Below are positions 48,142-57,863 of a DNA stretch of 64,000 nucleotides, one piece after another (within the stretch, counting starts at the first letter, position 1; each line of letters starts with the position of its first letter). The stretch is from the IMG/VR virus record IMGVR_UViG_3300032167_000098, positions 1 through 64,000 of that record, one strand, 5' to 3'. The DNA comes from an uncultured virus (IMG/VR IMGVR_UViG_3300032167_000098) (taxonomy: Duplodnaviria; Heunggongvirae; Uroviricota; Caudoviricetes). The position numbers were made by a program, and so were the translations under genes. Under the pieces are notes generated by a model. It worked only from the letters and a program-made list of their open reading frames with translations, did not search any database and was not told the origin of the DNA.

Positions 48142-49732
48142 ATAAATCTCCTGTCCATATATAAAGATGACGTTTGGCACGTGTTATACCTACATAATAA
48201 AGATTGAGGTTTTCTTCATTAGTTAATCGAAACGATTTACCTCCTACATTCAGTAACATCACTGAATCATATTCAAGACCCTTCACTGAATGAATAGTTC
48301 CTACATAAATATCTGCAAGGGCAATATCAGTCGCATCATCTTGAGCATACATCTCTAATAGCTTGTCTAACAGCTCTGATCTTCTATGAATCTCAACGTC
48401 GCTAGGAAGACGCTTTGGACCTATATGTTCAACAAATTTGTGCATGTCATACTGCGATTTGATGCTCATGAGTTCTTGTTTGTAGTTACAAAGTAGTTCT
48501 ACTGTATCAACAAGATAATCAGCTTCCCACGATCTTACAAAGTCTGTTACAAACTCATCAAATGTAAGCTTGTGTTCATATATCCGATGAATATATTTAA
48601 GATAAGTTCCAGCTCGCAGTTTACTAGCCAACCATGTTATGGCATACTCTGGATCTTTCAGTGATCTGATAATAGCTGCAGTTTGATTAGCTTCCGAATC
48701 TTTTAACGTGATAGGAATGTTGAGAGATTTCATCAAATTTGCAATTTGTTGAACTTCGGAATTTGTCCTAACTAAAATTGCACATGTTCCTCCGTTATTG
48801 ACGTGAAAACGATTACAATCAATCAGTATTTGCTTCAACGTATCTAATTGATCATAATGTGTGCAAAACACAGGATCACCTTCGACACATGAATTTATCT
48901 TGACACGGTAACTTTCTTCACCGTGTTCACTGTTATGATTTGCAAAATCACAGATCTGCGATGTTGACCGATAATTATAAGTGAGTTTCACTTTGTACCA
49001 ATTGTTATCATCTGCAAGATTCTTAACAATAGATGAATCGGCACCTCTGAACGCATATATAGCTTGCAATGCGTCAGCAACTACAAATAACTTAGATGTT
49101 TGAAATGACGATACAAACTCCCACTGTTTCGGATCTGTATCCTGAAATTCATCTACAAATATGTATTCGTATTTCGCTTTATATTTCTGAATACAACTCG
49201 CGTCTTCTACAAACAGTTTACATACATCATAGCACATTATATCAAACGTGATAAGATTTCTGTTCAACAGAATTCTCTTTGTTGCTTTATGTAGTGTACT
49301 TCGTATAAATTCTGATGCTATTTGAAGTTTCTTCTCTGATAATTTGATTCCAGACTGCTCGGCAGCCATTTTTGAAATCTCTTTCATCTCAGCTTCGGTT
49401 GCAATGTCAGGTACAGTACCATAACCAATCGCTTCTCTGACAATAGAATCTGATGCTATCAATGAATAACAGAAGCTATGAAATGTTCTAAAATTTGGAA
49501 ATGTTGGATTATCTTGATCTTTTCTTCGATTGAGGTATCGAGTTTGCATTTCAAATGCGGCCGCATTAGTAAAAGTTAATACTAACATAGCCGAAGGTGA
49601 AACACCATCATTGACAAGTCTCAATATTCGTTCTATCATACAGTGTGTTTTACCACAACCGGCTCCGGCTAAACAAAGTATCTTATCATTATTAGTGTAA
49701 ACAGCTTCTCTCTGTTCTTTGTTTAATTCCAT
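48098..49732 (-). CDS. UvrD/PcrA-family SF1 helicase
   Basis: AGAGCGKT, LTFTNAAA, VDEFQD, QAIYAFRGA, NYRS, TIHSVKGLE and YVGITRAK. Confidence 0.93.
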   Translation of the reverse strand: MELNKEQREAVYTNNDKILCLAGAGCGKTHCMIERILRLVNDGVSPSAMLVLTFTNAAAFEMQTRYLNRRKDQDNPTFPNFRTFHSFCYSLIASDSIVREAIGYGTVPDIATEAEMKEISKMAAEQSGIKLSEKKLQIASEFIRSTLHKATKRILLNRNLITFDIMCYDVCKLFVEDASCIQKYKAKYEYIFVDEFQDTDPKQWEFVSSFQTSKLFVVADALQAIYAFRGADSSIVKNLADDNNWYKVKLTYNYRSTSQICDFANHNSEHGEESYRVKINSCVEGDPVFCTHYDQLDTLKQILIDCNRFHVNNGGTCAILVRTNSEVQQIANLMKSLNIPITLKDSEANQTAAIIRSLKDPEYAITWLASKLRAGTYLKYIHRIYEHKLTFDEFVTDFVRSWEADYLVDTVELLCNYKQELMSIKSQYDMHKFVEHIGPKRLPSDVEIHRRSELLDKLLEMYAQDDATDIALADIYVGTIHSVKGLEYDSVMLLNVGGKSFRLTNEENLNLYYVGITRAKRHLYIWTGDLYEYEQEQLSFENDG

Positions 49733-49814
49733 GTTTGATCTCCTCAGTTATAAAAAAAATAAGAACATGTATATCTTAACGATGTACATGTTCTATAACG
49801 ATTCTTACTCTTGA

Positions 49815-50771
49815 TCAGATACCTCGAACGTCAACTGCGTCAACTGTGCTCTTATTCATATTTATATTGTACTTCGCTGATGAGAAATCATATCCGTCAT
49901 CTTCATTCCAGTACACTATATCGGATTCGTCAACATGAAGTGTTATCTTGGCCTTCAGCTGATATCGACCTTTTATTGCTGGGATGTAAGGCAGAAGCAG
50001 CTCATCAACAGCTTCAATGACAGATGTGTTGTCCATCAGCTCGAATTCAGGATAATTCTCAGATATCCATCTCCATCCCCTATCTGTTTGAGCTGCCCAA
50101 TCAGTGGATTCATATTCCCACTCATCAGCGTTCCTTACGGCTATGATAGTGTCAATGTTGATCTCAAATTCTTCTTCAGTGTTGAAAATCTCTTCAGGTT
50201 CTTCAGGATCTTCTGGACCAAGCTCATATGGATTCCACATGAATTCTTGCGCAGCATTAACATCGTTTGTATAATTATAATATCTGCGATATTCAGCTAC
50301 AGCTTCGTTGACCACCTGCGGTATGTACTTGTCAATATCTGATGGCTTCTTTATCTTGCGCATATCGATATTAAACGATACAGAAATTTCAGATTCATCG
50401 TCATTAACATCAAAGTCAACTACAACTCGGTTGTAATCTACTATGTAGATGTCCCTCATCTGTACCCATACGTCTTCGTCTTTTCTCAATTCATCTGAAA
50501 TTCTTGATGCAACTTTATCACCGAATTCCATCAATTCTTCAGTAGTAAAATACTGATATGGATCTATGTCATAAGCTCCGCCGTAATTTCTGCGAGCTGC
50601 GGTGATAGGTTCATTTGATTCAGCTTCGGAAGTAGTTGCGTGACCACGTTTCTTCATATCGTCATACACGAATTGAATACTGTCTCGCAACAGCTTATGA
50701 AAATCTAGTTCATCAACTCGTCTATCAAATTCTTCATCAGAAAGTGAAGTATGTAACACATATTCTTTCAT
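49815..50771 (-). CDS. Acidic multi-domain hypothetical protein with internal [IV]xAA motifs
   Basis: 318 aa; PITAA and DVNAA fall at apparent domain joints. Confidence 0.65.
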   Translation of the reverse strand: MKEYVLHTSLSDEEFDRRVDELDFHKLLRDSIQFVYDDMKKRGHATTSEAESNEPITAARRNYGGAYDIDPYQYFTTEELMEFGDKVASRISDELRKDEDVWVQMRDIYIVDYNRVVVDFDVNDDESEISVSFNIDMRKIKKPSDIDKYIPQVVNEAVAEYRRYYNYTNDVNAAQEFMWNPYELGPEDPEEPEEIFNTEEEFEINIDTIIAVRNADEWEYESTDWAAQTDRGWRWISENYPEFELMDNTSVIEAVDELLLPYIPAIKGRYQLKAKITLHVDESDIVYWNEDDGYDFSSAKYNINMNKSTVDAVDVRGI

Positions 50772-51745
50772 CGATTATTTCTCCTTCCTTCTTTCTTGAA
50801 TGTGTCTACTAAGCGTCGAATACTTGCTTTATCCGCCTCGGTTATATTATCTTTTTCTTTCTTCATGAATACAGTTAGTAAATACACACGATCTGTATTC
50901 AAGAAACTTACATATATAACTCTGCCACTGCGACTCTTACTACGCCCTTCGACCCTCATGCGAATCTTACGAGCTCCATTTGTGTCTATTATTAGATCTC
51001 CTGCAGTCTCGGGATCTTTGAGTATATCATTCTCAAGAGCACGTAACACATCGTCTGAAAGTCCAAGGTATTGCCAAGCAGCAGTAAACGCAGGTGCTTC
51101 TATAAACATCTTTGATGATTCATTACATTCTATAACGATTTGTTGGTTTGATCTGATGCTTCGAGTATTGTGTGCTACAATCAACTTACCTCTACGTGTA
51201 GCATCAGGGAACACTTCTCTTATTTCGTCAAGATATCCTTCAGTCTTTCTATTCAGTTGATAGCCAGCCTTTGTCGGACCTTCGTTGCCTTCGCCTGTTC
51301 CTTCATATACAGTAATGTAGACCGTGCCACTTGGTTTAACAAGTTTCTTAATATTCTGAAGGACATTCTGTCTGACTTCAGGTTCTTTGATAACATTAAG
51401 GACGTTAGAACATGTAGCCGTATCTGCACCATTGTGTTCTTTCACAAGTCGTATAACTTCCTTATTGTGGTCAGCTGTCCTATTATACGGATCATATACA
51501 AGATTGACGACATCATACTGTACTAGATATTCAGCTGCCGTATCTGCACGGCCACCACCATAATCTAGGTTGATTGTTCCCGGTTCCCAGTTCTTTACAA
51601 GCCGAAAAACTGCAGGTACTTTGCTGAAATTTATAGATGTATTTTCAGATGTAAACTCTTGGTCGATTTCTTTTATATCATCTTCATACTGCTCAAATGA
51701 TGTGTCTTCTTGAGCAGCAACTATTCGTTTATGTTTTATTCGCAT
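50768..51745 (-). CDS. Class I SAM methyltransferase-like domain fused to a RelE/HigB-like domain
   Basis: LDYGGG, YDPYN, CSNVLNVI and LVKPSGTVYITV, followed by FIEAPAF...LENDILKDP..GDLI..TNGARKIR....RSKSRSGRVIY....YLLTVF.KKEKDNIT. Confidence 0.8.
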   Translation of the reverse strand: MRIKHKRIVAAQEDTSFEQYEDDIKEIDQEFTSENTSINFSKVPAVFRLVKNWEPGTINLDYGGGRADTAAEYLVQYDVVNLVYDPYNRTADHNKEVIRLVKEHNGADTATCSNVLNVIKEPEVRQNVLQNIKKLVKPSGTVYITVYEGTGEGNEGPTKAGYQLNRKTEGYLDEIREVFPDATRRGKLIVAHNTRSIRSNQQIVIECNESSKMFIEAPAFTAAWQYLGLSDDVLRALENDILKDPETAGDLIIDTNGARKIRMRVEGRSKSRSGRVIYVSFLNTDRVYLLTVFMKKEKDNITEADKASIRRLVDTFKKEGRRNNR

Positions 51746-51747
51746 TC

Positions 51748-51942
51748 TTATTTCTCCGTTTCTTTTGTAGCTGCCCGTCTGATTTCTCGAATTTCATGTT
51801 TGTGTTTACCTTCAAGATAACAAGCATACGAACAATAATGAACTATACTGTGATCAAACTTCAACTTATATACATTGAATCGAGGTTTTATGAATTTCTT
51901 CTGACAGATCGGGCACACCCATAATCCGTCAGCTGGCTTCAT
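51748..51942 (-). CDS. Small zinc-finger protein
   Basis: CPIC...YCSYAC. Confidence 0.6.
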   Translation of the reverse strand: MKPADGLWVCPICQKKFIKPRFNVYKLKFDHSIVHYCSYACYLEGKHKHEIREIRRAATKETEK

Positions 51943-52328
51943 CTGTCCTGTACCTCAGTCACAATCCATTTCAGAATCTGATCTGATTCATGCTCGCAGA
52001 GCGGACAAATTCCGGATATCTTCTTGACATCTTGATCACTCTTTATAACAGCAGATATGAAGATACCATGACATCTATCACATTCTGCTATGTAATGATC
52101 GGCAATGTTGTTATCAATTTCAATCGTCGGATCGTCTTCAGTGATATCGTCTAGTTGATCTTGAATATCTTCGACGTCATCTGAAAGATCATCTATAGCA
52201 TCAGCAGCATCTTCATCGTCTTCTAGAACTTCCTCGTCAGTGAGTTCTACATCACCGGTATCCGAGTCACCCCATATATCATCGTCTGCTGCAGTTATAG
52301 GTACTTTACGATTTGCTGTTATTTTCAT
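51939..52328 (-). CDS. Acidic protein with a C-terminal Zn ribbon and leader motif
   Basis: MKITANRKVPITAADDD; CDRC...CPLC. Confidence 0.65.
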   Translation of the reverse strand: MKITANRKVPITAADDDIWGDSDTGDVELTDEEVLEDDEDAADAIDDLSDDVEDIQDQLDDITEDDPTIEIDNNIADHYIAECDRCHGIFISAVIKSDQDVKKISGICPLCEHESDQILKWIVTEVQDR

Positions 52329-52394
52329 ATTACAAACATCTCCTCATATTTTAGTTATATAAATATAGAAGGTTAAACATAAAAGTTATGTAGG

Positions 52395-53252
52395 TTATTT
52401 GATATAGTTAGTAACTGCAAGCCGATCTGCAAACTGAAGCATATAGACGAGAGGATAGTTTTCATTTGCATAATGAAGATCATTCATTTCGTTATCAGCG
52501 ACATTGTATTCACCCATGTGCCATCTAATGGCAAGACTCTCTTCTTCGTTCAATCTGAAGAATTTCATGACCATCATCAAAGAGGATACGCCATGTCCAA
52601 ATGGATACACTCTGCGCTCTGTCGTTCTGTATGCTATCTGCTGCGACCACACACCTGTTGCATCGTCTTTGACATTCTTCATGTAGGATTCATACAATCC
52701 AATTTTGCACCAGTCGTGCACCAGAGCAAGCAGAATGATATCTTCAATGCATTCTGTAGGAAACAGACCGGTCTCAAACAGTTTAGCTGCTTCTAGAGCA
52801 ACTCTCAGAGTGTGATACAATAAGCCGCCGGCTACTGCATCATGATAGATAGTAGATGCGGGCGCATCAAAAAAGTCAGTATTATGCAGCCAATTCAGAC
52901 ATCTTGTTACCTGCTTCATAGGAACATCTTCAGAATAATAGGGCAGCTCCTGTGCATCTACGTTTCTGTAGGGCTTTTGATATCTGAGAAGTATGCAAGC
53001 TGTCAGGAGATCATCATACAGATCAACTTGAATCCCATGCGAAAGCGGATGTATGCTGTTCATCTTAGAGAAGGACAGTAATCTATATTCAGGACGTTGC
53101 TTAAATAGTTCAAAATCGGAATCCAAGAAGTGATCATTCAGACTCAAATCTTCTTTGTGTTCTGGATCATATCTAACAACCGTACGGGTATTTGTAGCAA
53201 ATGCGATCCAGCCCGTCACATCTTTGTAAAATTTATAGACGAGTTCATTCAT
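52395..53252 (-). CDS. HD-domain phosphohydrolase (YhaM-like HD)
   Basis: APAS..YH....GGLL.HT, HDWCK, GHG, AIRWHMG and FAD. Confidence 0.85.
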   Translation of the reverse strand: MNELVYKFYKDVTGWIAFATNTRTVVRYDPEHKEDLSLNDHFLDSDFELFKQRPEYRLLSFSKMNSIHPLSHGIQVDLYDDLLTACILLRYQKPYRNVDAQELPYYSEDVPMKQVTRCLNWLHNTDFFDAPASTIYHDAVAGGLLYHTLRVALEAAKLFETGLFPTECIEDIILLALVHDWCKIGLYESYMKNVKDDATGVWSQQIAYRTTERRVYPFGHGVSSLMMVMKFFRLNEEESLAIRWHMGEYNVADNEMNDLHYANENYPLVYMLQFADRLAVTNYIK

Positions 53253-53622
53253 TGTTGTGTTCCTTATCATCCTTGTCATCATGATGATCATTCATCAATT
53301 CATGTAATGCATTCAAGTCTATCTTTATAGACTGTATATGCATACCATTGGCATCTTGATCATGATCTTCACACAGATCCGAATCTGTATCTGTATCTGA
53401 ATCGTCGTCAGATTCGATCTCTTTTTCGTATGCAAATAGTAATGCATTTGAAAAAGAATGCTGAATGTACATCAACGTGCGAGCCTTGAACTCTTCAGGA
53501 GCACAGTTAACTAACGCGCTTGCTAAACTAGCAGCAATGTGTTCGGCATCTTGCATCAGCGTAGTCAAGCTACCTTTAACTTTACAACTTACAGATTCTT
53601 CAGTGGCGACTATTTCTATCAT
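53245..53622 (-). CDS. Hypothetical protein
   Basis: 125 aa; AGGAG RBS. Confidence 0.6.
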   Translation of the reverse strand: MIEIVATEESVSCKVKGSLTTLMQDAEHIAASLASALVNCAPEEFKARTLMYIQHSFSNALLFAYEKEIESDDDSDTDTDSDLCEDHDQDANGMHIQSIKIDLNALHELMNDHHDDKDDKEHNNE

Positions 53623-53623
53623 C

Positions 53624-53800
53624 TTAATCGATCTCCTTGTATTCAGATTTCATGTATACTGCGATTGCGTCTGCAGTAGACTGATTGTTTGATTTTGGTA
53701 TGTTGAGATGTTCACAAAGCTCAGATTCCGGAACTTCAAATATAGCATCTATCATGGAACCTATACTAAGTGTTGAAACAGCATGTTCAAACTGAGTCAT
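53624..53800 (-). CDS. 58-aa hypothetical protein not in the ORF track
   Basis: Hand translation MTQFEHAVSTLSIGSMIDAIF...KEID*; GAGG RBS. Confidence 0.5.
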   Translation of the reverse strand: MTQFEHAVSTLSIGSMIDAIFEVPESELCEHLNIPKSNNQSTADAIAVYMKSEYKEID

Positions 53801-53809
53801 GATATCACC

Positions 53810-54037
53810 TCACCAGATTCTAGACCCTTGAGTTTCAGCCATCGTTTGATAGGCTTTCAACTCTGCAAGAGTGATGTTGTGTATAACGATTGTAAGTTCT
53901 CCGTCCCGCTTCACAATGTCGTAACGAACTGCTCTGCGTCCCTTACCTGGGCGCTTAAAAGCTGCCCGAGTTGCCTCAGTATAGATATGAGCGTATTGAT
54001 TCGGATAATCGAATACAAACGGTTCTACAAGTTTCAT
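53810..54037 (-). CDS. Small hypothetical protein
   Basis: AGGAGG RBS. Confidence 0.6.
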   Translation of the reverse strand: MKLVEPFVFDYPNQYAHIYTEATRAAFKRPGKGRRAVRYDIVKRDGELTIVIHNITLAELKAYQTMAETQGSRIW

Positions 54038-54048
54038 GTGTTACCTCC

Positions 54049-54495
54049 TTAATATTCGTAATCGTAGTAGTAATCAGCAATGCCGAAAGACACATTCATG
54101 CGATAGTACTTGCTCTGTTTGCCTTTTTCTTTGATTTTGTTTATGTCGTAGCCGTTGATGGCGAGATAGATCTGTTCCTCAGCAGTGAGTTCTTTGCTTA
54201 CCATTTCGCGTGTTACAGTTGATACTGCATACCAATAATTGCCGCGCTTCACCATTTCTTTTGTAGGATTGTTTGTGTTGCTGACGAGCTTCCATTCGTT
54301 GCTGTAAGGACCTCCAACGCACTTGTGATCGTATTCACGAACTACTACATGTTTCTGATCATAAACTTCGATGACCTCGTATGCGTGTCTATCGCTGTAC
54401 AGATACTCTGTCATACCTGTACCAACTTTTATCTCTTCGGTGAACATGTGATTTTCTTCTAATCTGTTGTTAAGACTTCCGTACCATTTCTGCAT
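54049..54495 (-). CDS. Hypothetical protein, first gene after class E promoter copy 3
   Basis: 148 aa; AAGGAG RBS. Confidence 0.7.
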   Translation of the reverse strand: MQKWYGSLNNRLEENHMFTEEIKVGTGMTEYLYSDRHAYEVIEVYDQKHVVVREYDHKCVGGPYSNEWKLVSNTNNPTKEMVKRGNYWYAVSTVTREMVSKELTAEEQIYLAINGYDINKIKEKGKQSKYYRMNVSFGIADYYYDYEY

Positions 54496-54524
54496 CTCTG
54501 TGATCTCCTTGTTTTGATTTATTC

Positions 54525-54592
54525 TACAAGTATATTATAAGTCCATATGATTATATCAGTATTATATATTTATTAAATTTTTATAAATTTTA
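54525..54592 (-). promoter_or_regulatory. 68-bp class E promoter element, copy 3
   Basis: Near-identical to 14828-14895 and 45019-45086. Confidence 0.75.
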
Positions 54593-54664
54593 GAAATCAA
54601 AACATAGAAAAAGCGTCTGATGCAAGAACATCAAACGCTCGAAAGAGAGGTATAATAATGAGAA

Positions 54665-54958
54665 TTAAATGCCGTCGTAGTGATCTGTATGATTTGCATC
54701 GGAAGCAATCTTCGTTACAGCTTGATGTGCTCCCGTAGCAGCAAGCCCAGACGCAATACCGCTTGCTATTGATGTCAGGAACGGAATTATTTCAAAAGTT
54801 TCCATTCCGAAGAAGTATACAATGATACCTAGAACAAATCCAATTATACCACACATGAGGGGTATCCATTTGGTGTTCCATTTTGTAAGTTTATAAAGCT
54901 GCCCACAGCCGAAAGCTATCGCTGTGATTGCAGGGATAGTTGCAATTCCAAGATTCAT
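54665..54958 (-). CDS. Phage holin
   Basis: Small multi-TM protein with KWIPL...G..LG and GIASGLAATGAHQ; GGAGG RBS; class L promoter. Confidence 0.8.
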   Translation of the reverse strand: MNLGIATIPAITAIAFGCGQLYKLTKWNTKWIPLMCGIIGFVLGIIVYFFGMETFEIIPFLTSIASGIASGLAATGAHQAVTKIASDANHTDHYDGI

Positions 54959-55010
54959 AACACGTACCTCCAAGTTTATATTTATTCAATTATTATATAA
55001 GGTCCTGCTC

Positions 55011-55487
55011 TTAGATGTATTCTTCTATTTCACCTTCATAGTCGAGCATTTTCTTTCTATTGTTTGGAATGGTTCGTATCTCTTTATAAGGGATAGTCCA
55101 TTTAGCAATCTTCAGTATGTTAAGAGATTTGATACCTTGATCTTCAAGAGCTTTGATATCTTCTATATGAAAACAAAATGCACGTTTGTAGTATGTGAAT
55201 AGAACAATGACCAAACCATACACATGCGCTATTTTCGACTTCTCAAGAAGTTTATCGTGCTGAGAGTCAGATATCATTGAAAAGTCAAACCGATCTTTTT
55301 CAGTTTCTTTACTCTCAATGTAGTACTCATTTGGACTTTTAAATACTTTGAAATCGGCAGGATTTCGGCTGACTTGATAATATCCTGACATCTGTGCGTA
55401 CAGCCGGTCAGTTGAATATCCGTCTTGCGGACGATCTAACCATTTCCTTATTTGAGTTTCAGCATCTGTTCCTGTACGGTCATTCAT
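55011..55487 (-). CDS. RecU-like Holliday junction resolvase
   Basis: PADF...YYIESKET...F....ISDSQ matches the PD-(D/E)xK pattern of RecU. Confidence 0.75.
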   Translation of the reverse strand: MNDRTGTDAETQIRKWLDRPQDGYSTDRLYAQMSGYYQVSRNPADFKVFKSPNEYYIESKETEKDRFDFSMISDSQHDKLLEKSKIAHVYGLVIVLFTYYKRAFCFHIEDIKALEDQGIKSLNILKIAKWTIPYKEIRTIPNNRKKMLDYEGEIEEYI

Positions 55488-55503
55488 TATAGTTACTTAT
55501 ACC

Positions 55504-55767
55504 TCATCCAAGATATTCATAGTCACTGTATTCATCCTTTTCATAGAGTCTGCGAACTTGTTTGAGAAGACTCATTCGTGAAGCTTCTACATGTGATGCT
55601 AGATCGTTACATATCTCGTCCATAGGATCTCTGTGATTGTAACCAGCGTTAAGATCATTTATCTCCTCATACAGAGCTTCAAGCTTTGCAGCTATCTTAT
55701 CAAGATCATAAAGTTCATCGGCAACTTCCTGATCCTCAGGCATTGATGCTTTAACATACTTTTTCAT
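55504..55767 (-). CDS. Small acidic protein with leader MKKYVKAS
   Basis: ORF plus leader motif. Confidence 0.65.
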   Translation of the reverse strand: MKKYVKASMPEDQEVADELYDLDKIAAKLEALYEEINDLNAGYNHRDPMDEICNDLASHVEASRMSLLKQVRRLYEKDEYSDYEYLG

Positions 55768-55785
55768 ATTAACTTAAGTTCCTTT

Positions 55786-56097
55786 CTACATTCTTGAATC
55801 GCATTCGCTCATCAACTCATCTATGTAAGCTTCTGTATCTAGATCCATCTCGACCTCTTTTTTGTCTACTGCATCATATATGTAAAGATTGTCCAGAAAT
55901 TTAAATGTGTTTTCAGGTCCGTCAAAAACTAGATTATCAAAAATAGCATCAGCTTGTCTTATACAGATTTCGTTTGCATTTATAAGTGAACGAGATGCAC
56001 CTCGTAGAACAGACTTACCTGTGTAAGGTGATATTGTTCTGATCTCATATCTATATTTATATGGACCATAATTTGCTGTTCTTACGTATTTTTTCAA
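55786..56097 (-). CDS. Small protein with leader MKKYVRTA (TTG start)
   Basis: GGAGG RBS and leader motif. Confidence 0.6.
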   Translation of the reverse strand: MKKYVRTANYGPYKYRYEIRTISPYTGKSVLRGASRSLINANEICIRQADAIFDNLVFDGPENTFKFLDNLYIYDAVDKKEVEMDLDTEAYIDELMSECDSRM

Positions 56098-56103
56098 TTA
56101 GGA

Positions 56104-56796
56104 TCAACCCTCCCAGCTATCATCCAATAACGATTCATCCTCATCTTCATCAAATCCGGTGTAAGAATCGAACCACTCCCACGCAGACTCTGCACTGTCA
56201 GCAGTCCAATCTGCATAATCTTCATCCGGTGGATACAGATCAGGATCGCCAAACATGCAGATCCAAAGGTCTTCATCTTTCTTCTTATACATCGTGTAAT
56301 CTGTCAAGAAGCCGTCTGCATCAGGAACTGTCTTATGCGCAACTTCTTCCCAATCATCGTAGTTAGATTCATGGACGTCTATTCCGTTCCAATCATAAGC
56401 AGATTCAATAGTGTCGTCTTTTGTATTTCCGAATTCTTGTTTGAGATATCCGACTATATAATCAACGTCATCATCAATCGTATCAACGCTCTTAGACAGA
56501 TCTTTGAATGGAATATCGACAACGTGAACTTGTTCCTTATCGGGAACAGATACCGTTACGAAATCTTTGCGCTGTTCCCAACTGAAATCGTTCATGAAAT
56601 CCTTCACAGCAGCACTGACCTTTTTCTTCAGTTCACTGAAATAGTTATCGTCATTTGCGCTTGCTACAGGTTCAACTCCGATGTTAGCTGTGTTAGTTGC
56701 GGATTCAACAGCTTCATCAATTGTACCGCCGAGTTCTATTATCTTATTTTCAACAGCATCTTTGAACTGTTCAGGAGTTCCAAAATTCTTTTTCAT
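56104..56796 (-). CDS. Acidic hypothetical protein with internal VESA/VASA/IESA motifs
   Basis: 230-aa ORF. Confidence 0.65.
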   Translation of the reverse strand: MKKNFGTPEQFKDAVENKIIELGGTIDEAVESATNTANIGVEPVASANDDNYFSELKKKVSAAVKDFMNDFSWEQRKDFVTVSVPDKEQVHVVDIPFKDLSKSVDTIDDDVDYIVGYLKQEFGNTKDDTIESAYDWNGIDVHESNYDDWEEVAHKTVPDADGFLTDYTMYKKKDEDLWICMFGDPDLYPPDEDYADWTADSAESAWEWFDSYTGFDEDEDESLLDDSWEG

Positions 56797-56809
56797 TATG
56801 AATTGTACC

Positions 56810-57040
56810 TCATTCCGTTATAACATTTGCAATTCTTTGCGTGAATTCATTCAGACCTGATCTGAGTTGCGCAATTATTTCTTCTGCGGCACTCTGAGAT
56901 TCACTACCAAGTGTGCTCAGATGTTCAAGACCGGCAAGTATGTAAGAGAACGTATCATCAAGTTCTCCGATACCTTCTTTTATTCTTTCTTCTGCCGGAG
57001 TCTCTTCGGCAGCTTTGATTGGTTTCAATAATTTTTTCAT
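56810..57040 (-). CDS. Small protein with leader MKKLLKPIKAA
   Basis: GGAGG RBS; coupled to the upstream gene. Confidence 0.65.
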   Translation of the reverse strand: MKKLLKPIKAAEETPAEERIKEGIGELDDTFSYILAGLEHLSTLGSESQSAAEEIIAQLRSGLNEFTQRIANVITE

Positions 57041-57852
57041 TCTGTTACCTCCGGAATATCAACTATATCAATTGGCTGTATTGGAACTAGATTTGATTTC
57101 TTAACACGCTGAGAACTGCCCCAATCTTTCAGCCACTTTAAAATGTTTTCTGGACGCGTAGCATATGAGGCAGGTACAACTTTAACAATGTACTGTGCTG
57201 GAGTTTGTCCTACTATCTGGACATATATGCTACCACGATATCCAGAAGACTCAAAAGGCTGCACCCTAATAAGTTTAGGCTGTCCTATCAGGTCTTCTAA
57301 CTCAGCTTCATTCAGCTCCGCTTCAAAGTCCTCACGTTCAGGCCTTGTCGGTAAATCTTTATAAAATGATTTGGCATCTGGCATCGGTTTGTTGAGCATT
57401 TCTGCCCAATCGATGCTGTTGAGATAGTCAAGAGCTTTAACTGTCTGCTGAAGTGATTCCATCTGTTCGGGAGTGGTAGCGGACAGCCCTGACCAAGATG
57501 ATGTTTCGCGCATAGGCACATATTGACCATCATTGTTCTTTATGAGCGAAGCATTGTAGCTCCATGCAAGTGCTACATGGTCTTCAAATTTGCGATTCTC
57601 ATCACAAGATATGCGAACTTGTATACCTGGAGCCCCAAATCTACCTTCTTCAACTCTCACCTGAAACTGAAGAGCAGAGAATTTACCTAAGTTGTACTCT
57701 AACTCGGTTTTTACAGGATCTGTAATAGCACCAACAGCATCTTGATATTGACTCCAACGAGCATTCATATCTTTATCATATGTCTCTCTTGCAGCTTCAT
57801 ACTCAGCTTTGCGCTTGAGTATTTCCTCTTTCCTATTTGCGGTTATTTTCAT
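57037..57852 (-). CDS. Hypothetical protein with leader MKITANRK
   Basis: Same first 8 aa as 51939..52328, but an unrelated body. Confidence 0.7.
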   Translation of the reverse strand: MKITANRKEEILKRKAEYEAARETYDKDMNARWSQYQDAVGAITDPVKTELEYNLGKFSALQFQVRVEEGRFGAPGIQVRISCDENRKFEDHVALAWSYNASLIKNNDGQYVPMRETSSWSGLSATTPEQMESLQQTVKALDYLNSIDWAEMLNKPMPDAKSFYKDLPTRPEREDFEAELNEAELEDLIGQPKLIRVQPFESSGYRGSIYVQIVGQTPAQYIVKVVPASYATRPENILKWLKDWGSSQRVKKSNLVPIQPIDIVDIPEVTE

Positions 57853-57863
57853 GTTACTACCTC

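Noticed and set aside
49815..51942. Canonical type II toxin-antitoxin pair
   Set aside because: The RelE-like domain is fused in frame to an MTase, and neither neighbour looks like an HTH/RHH antitoxin.
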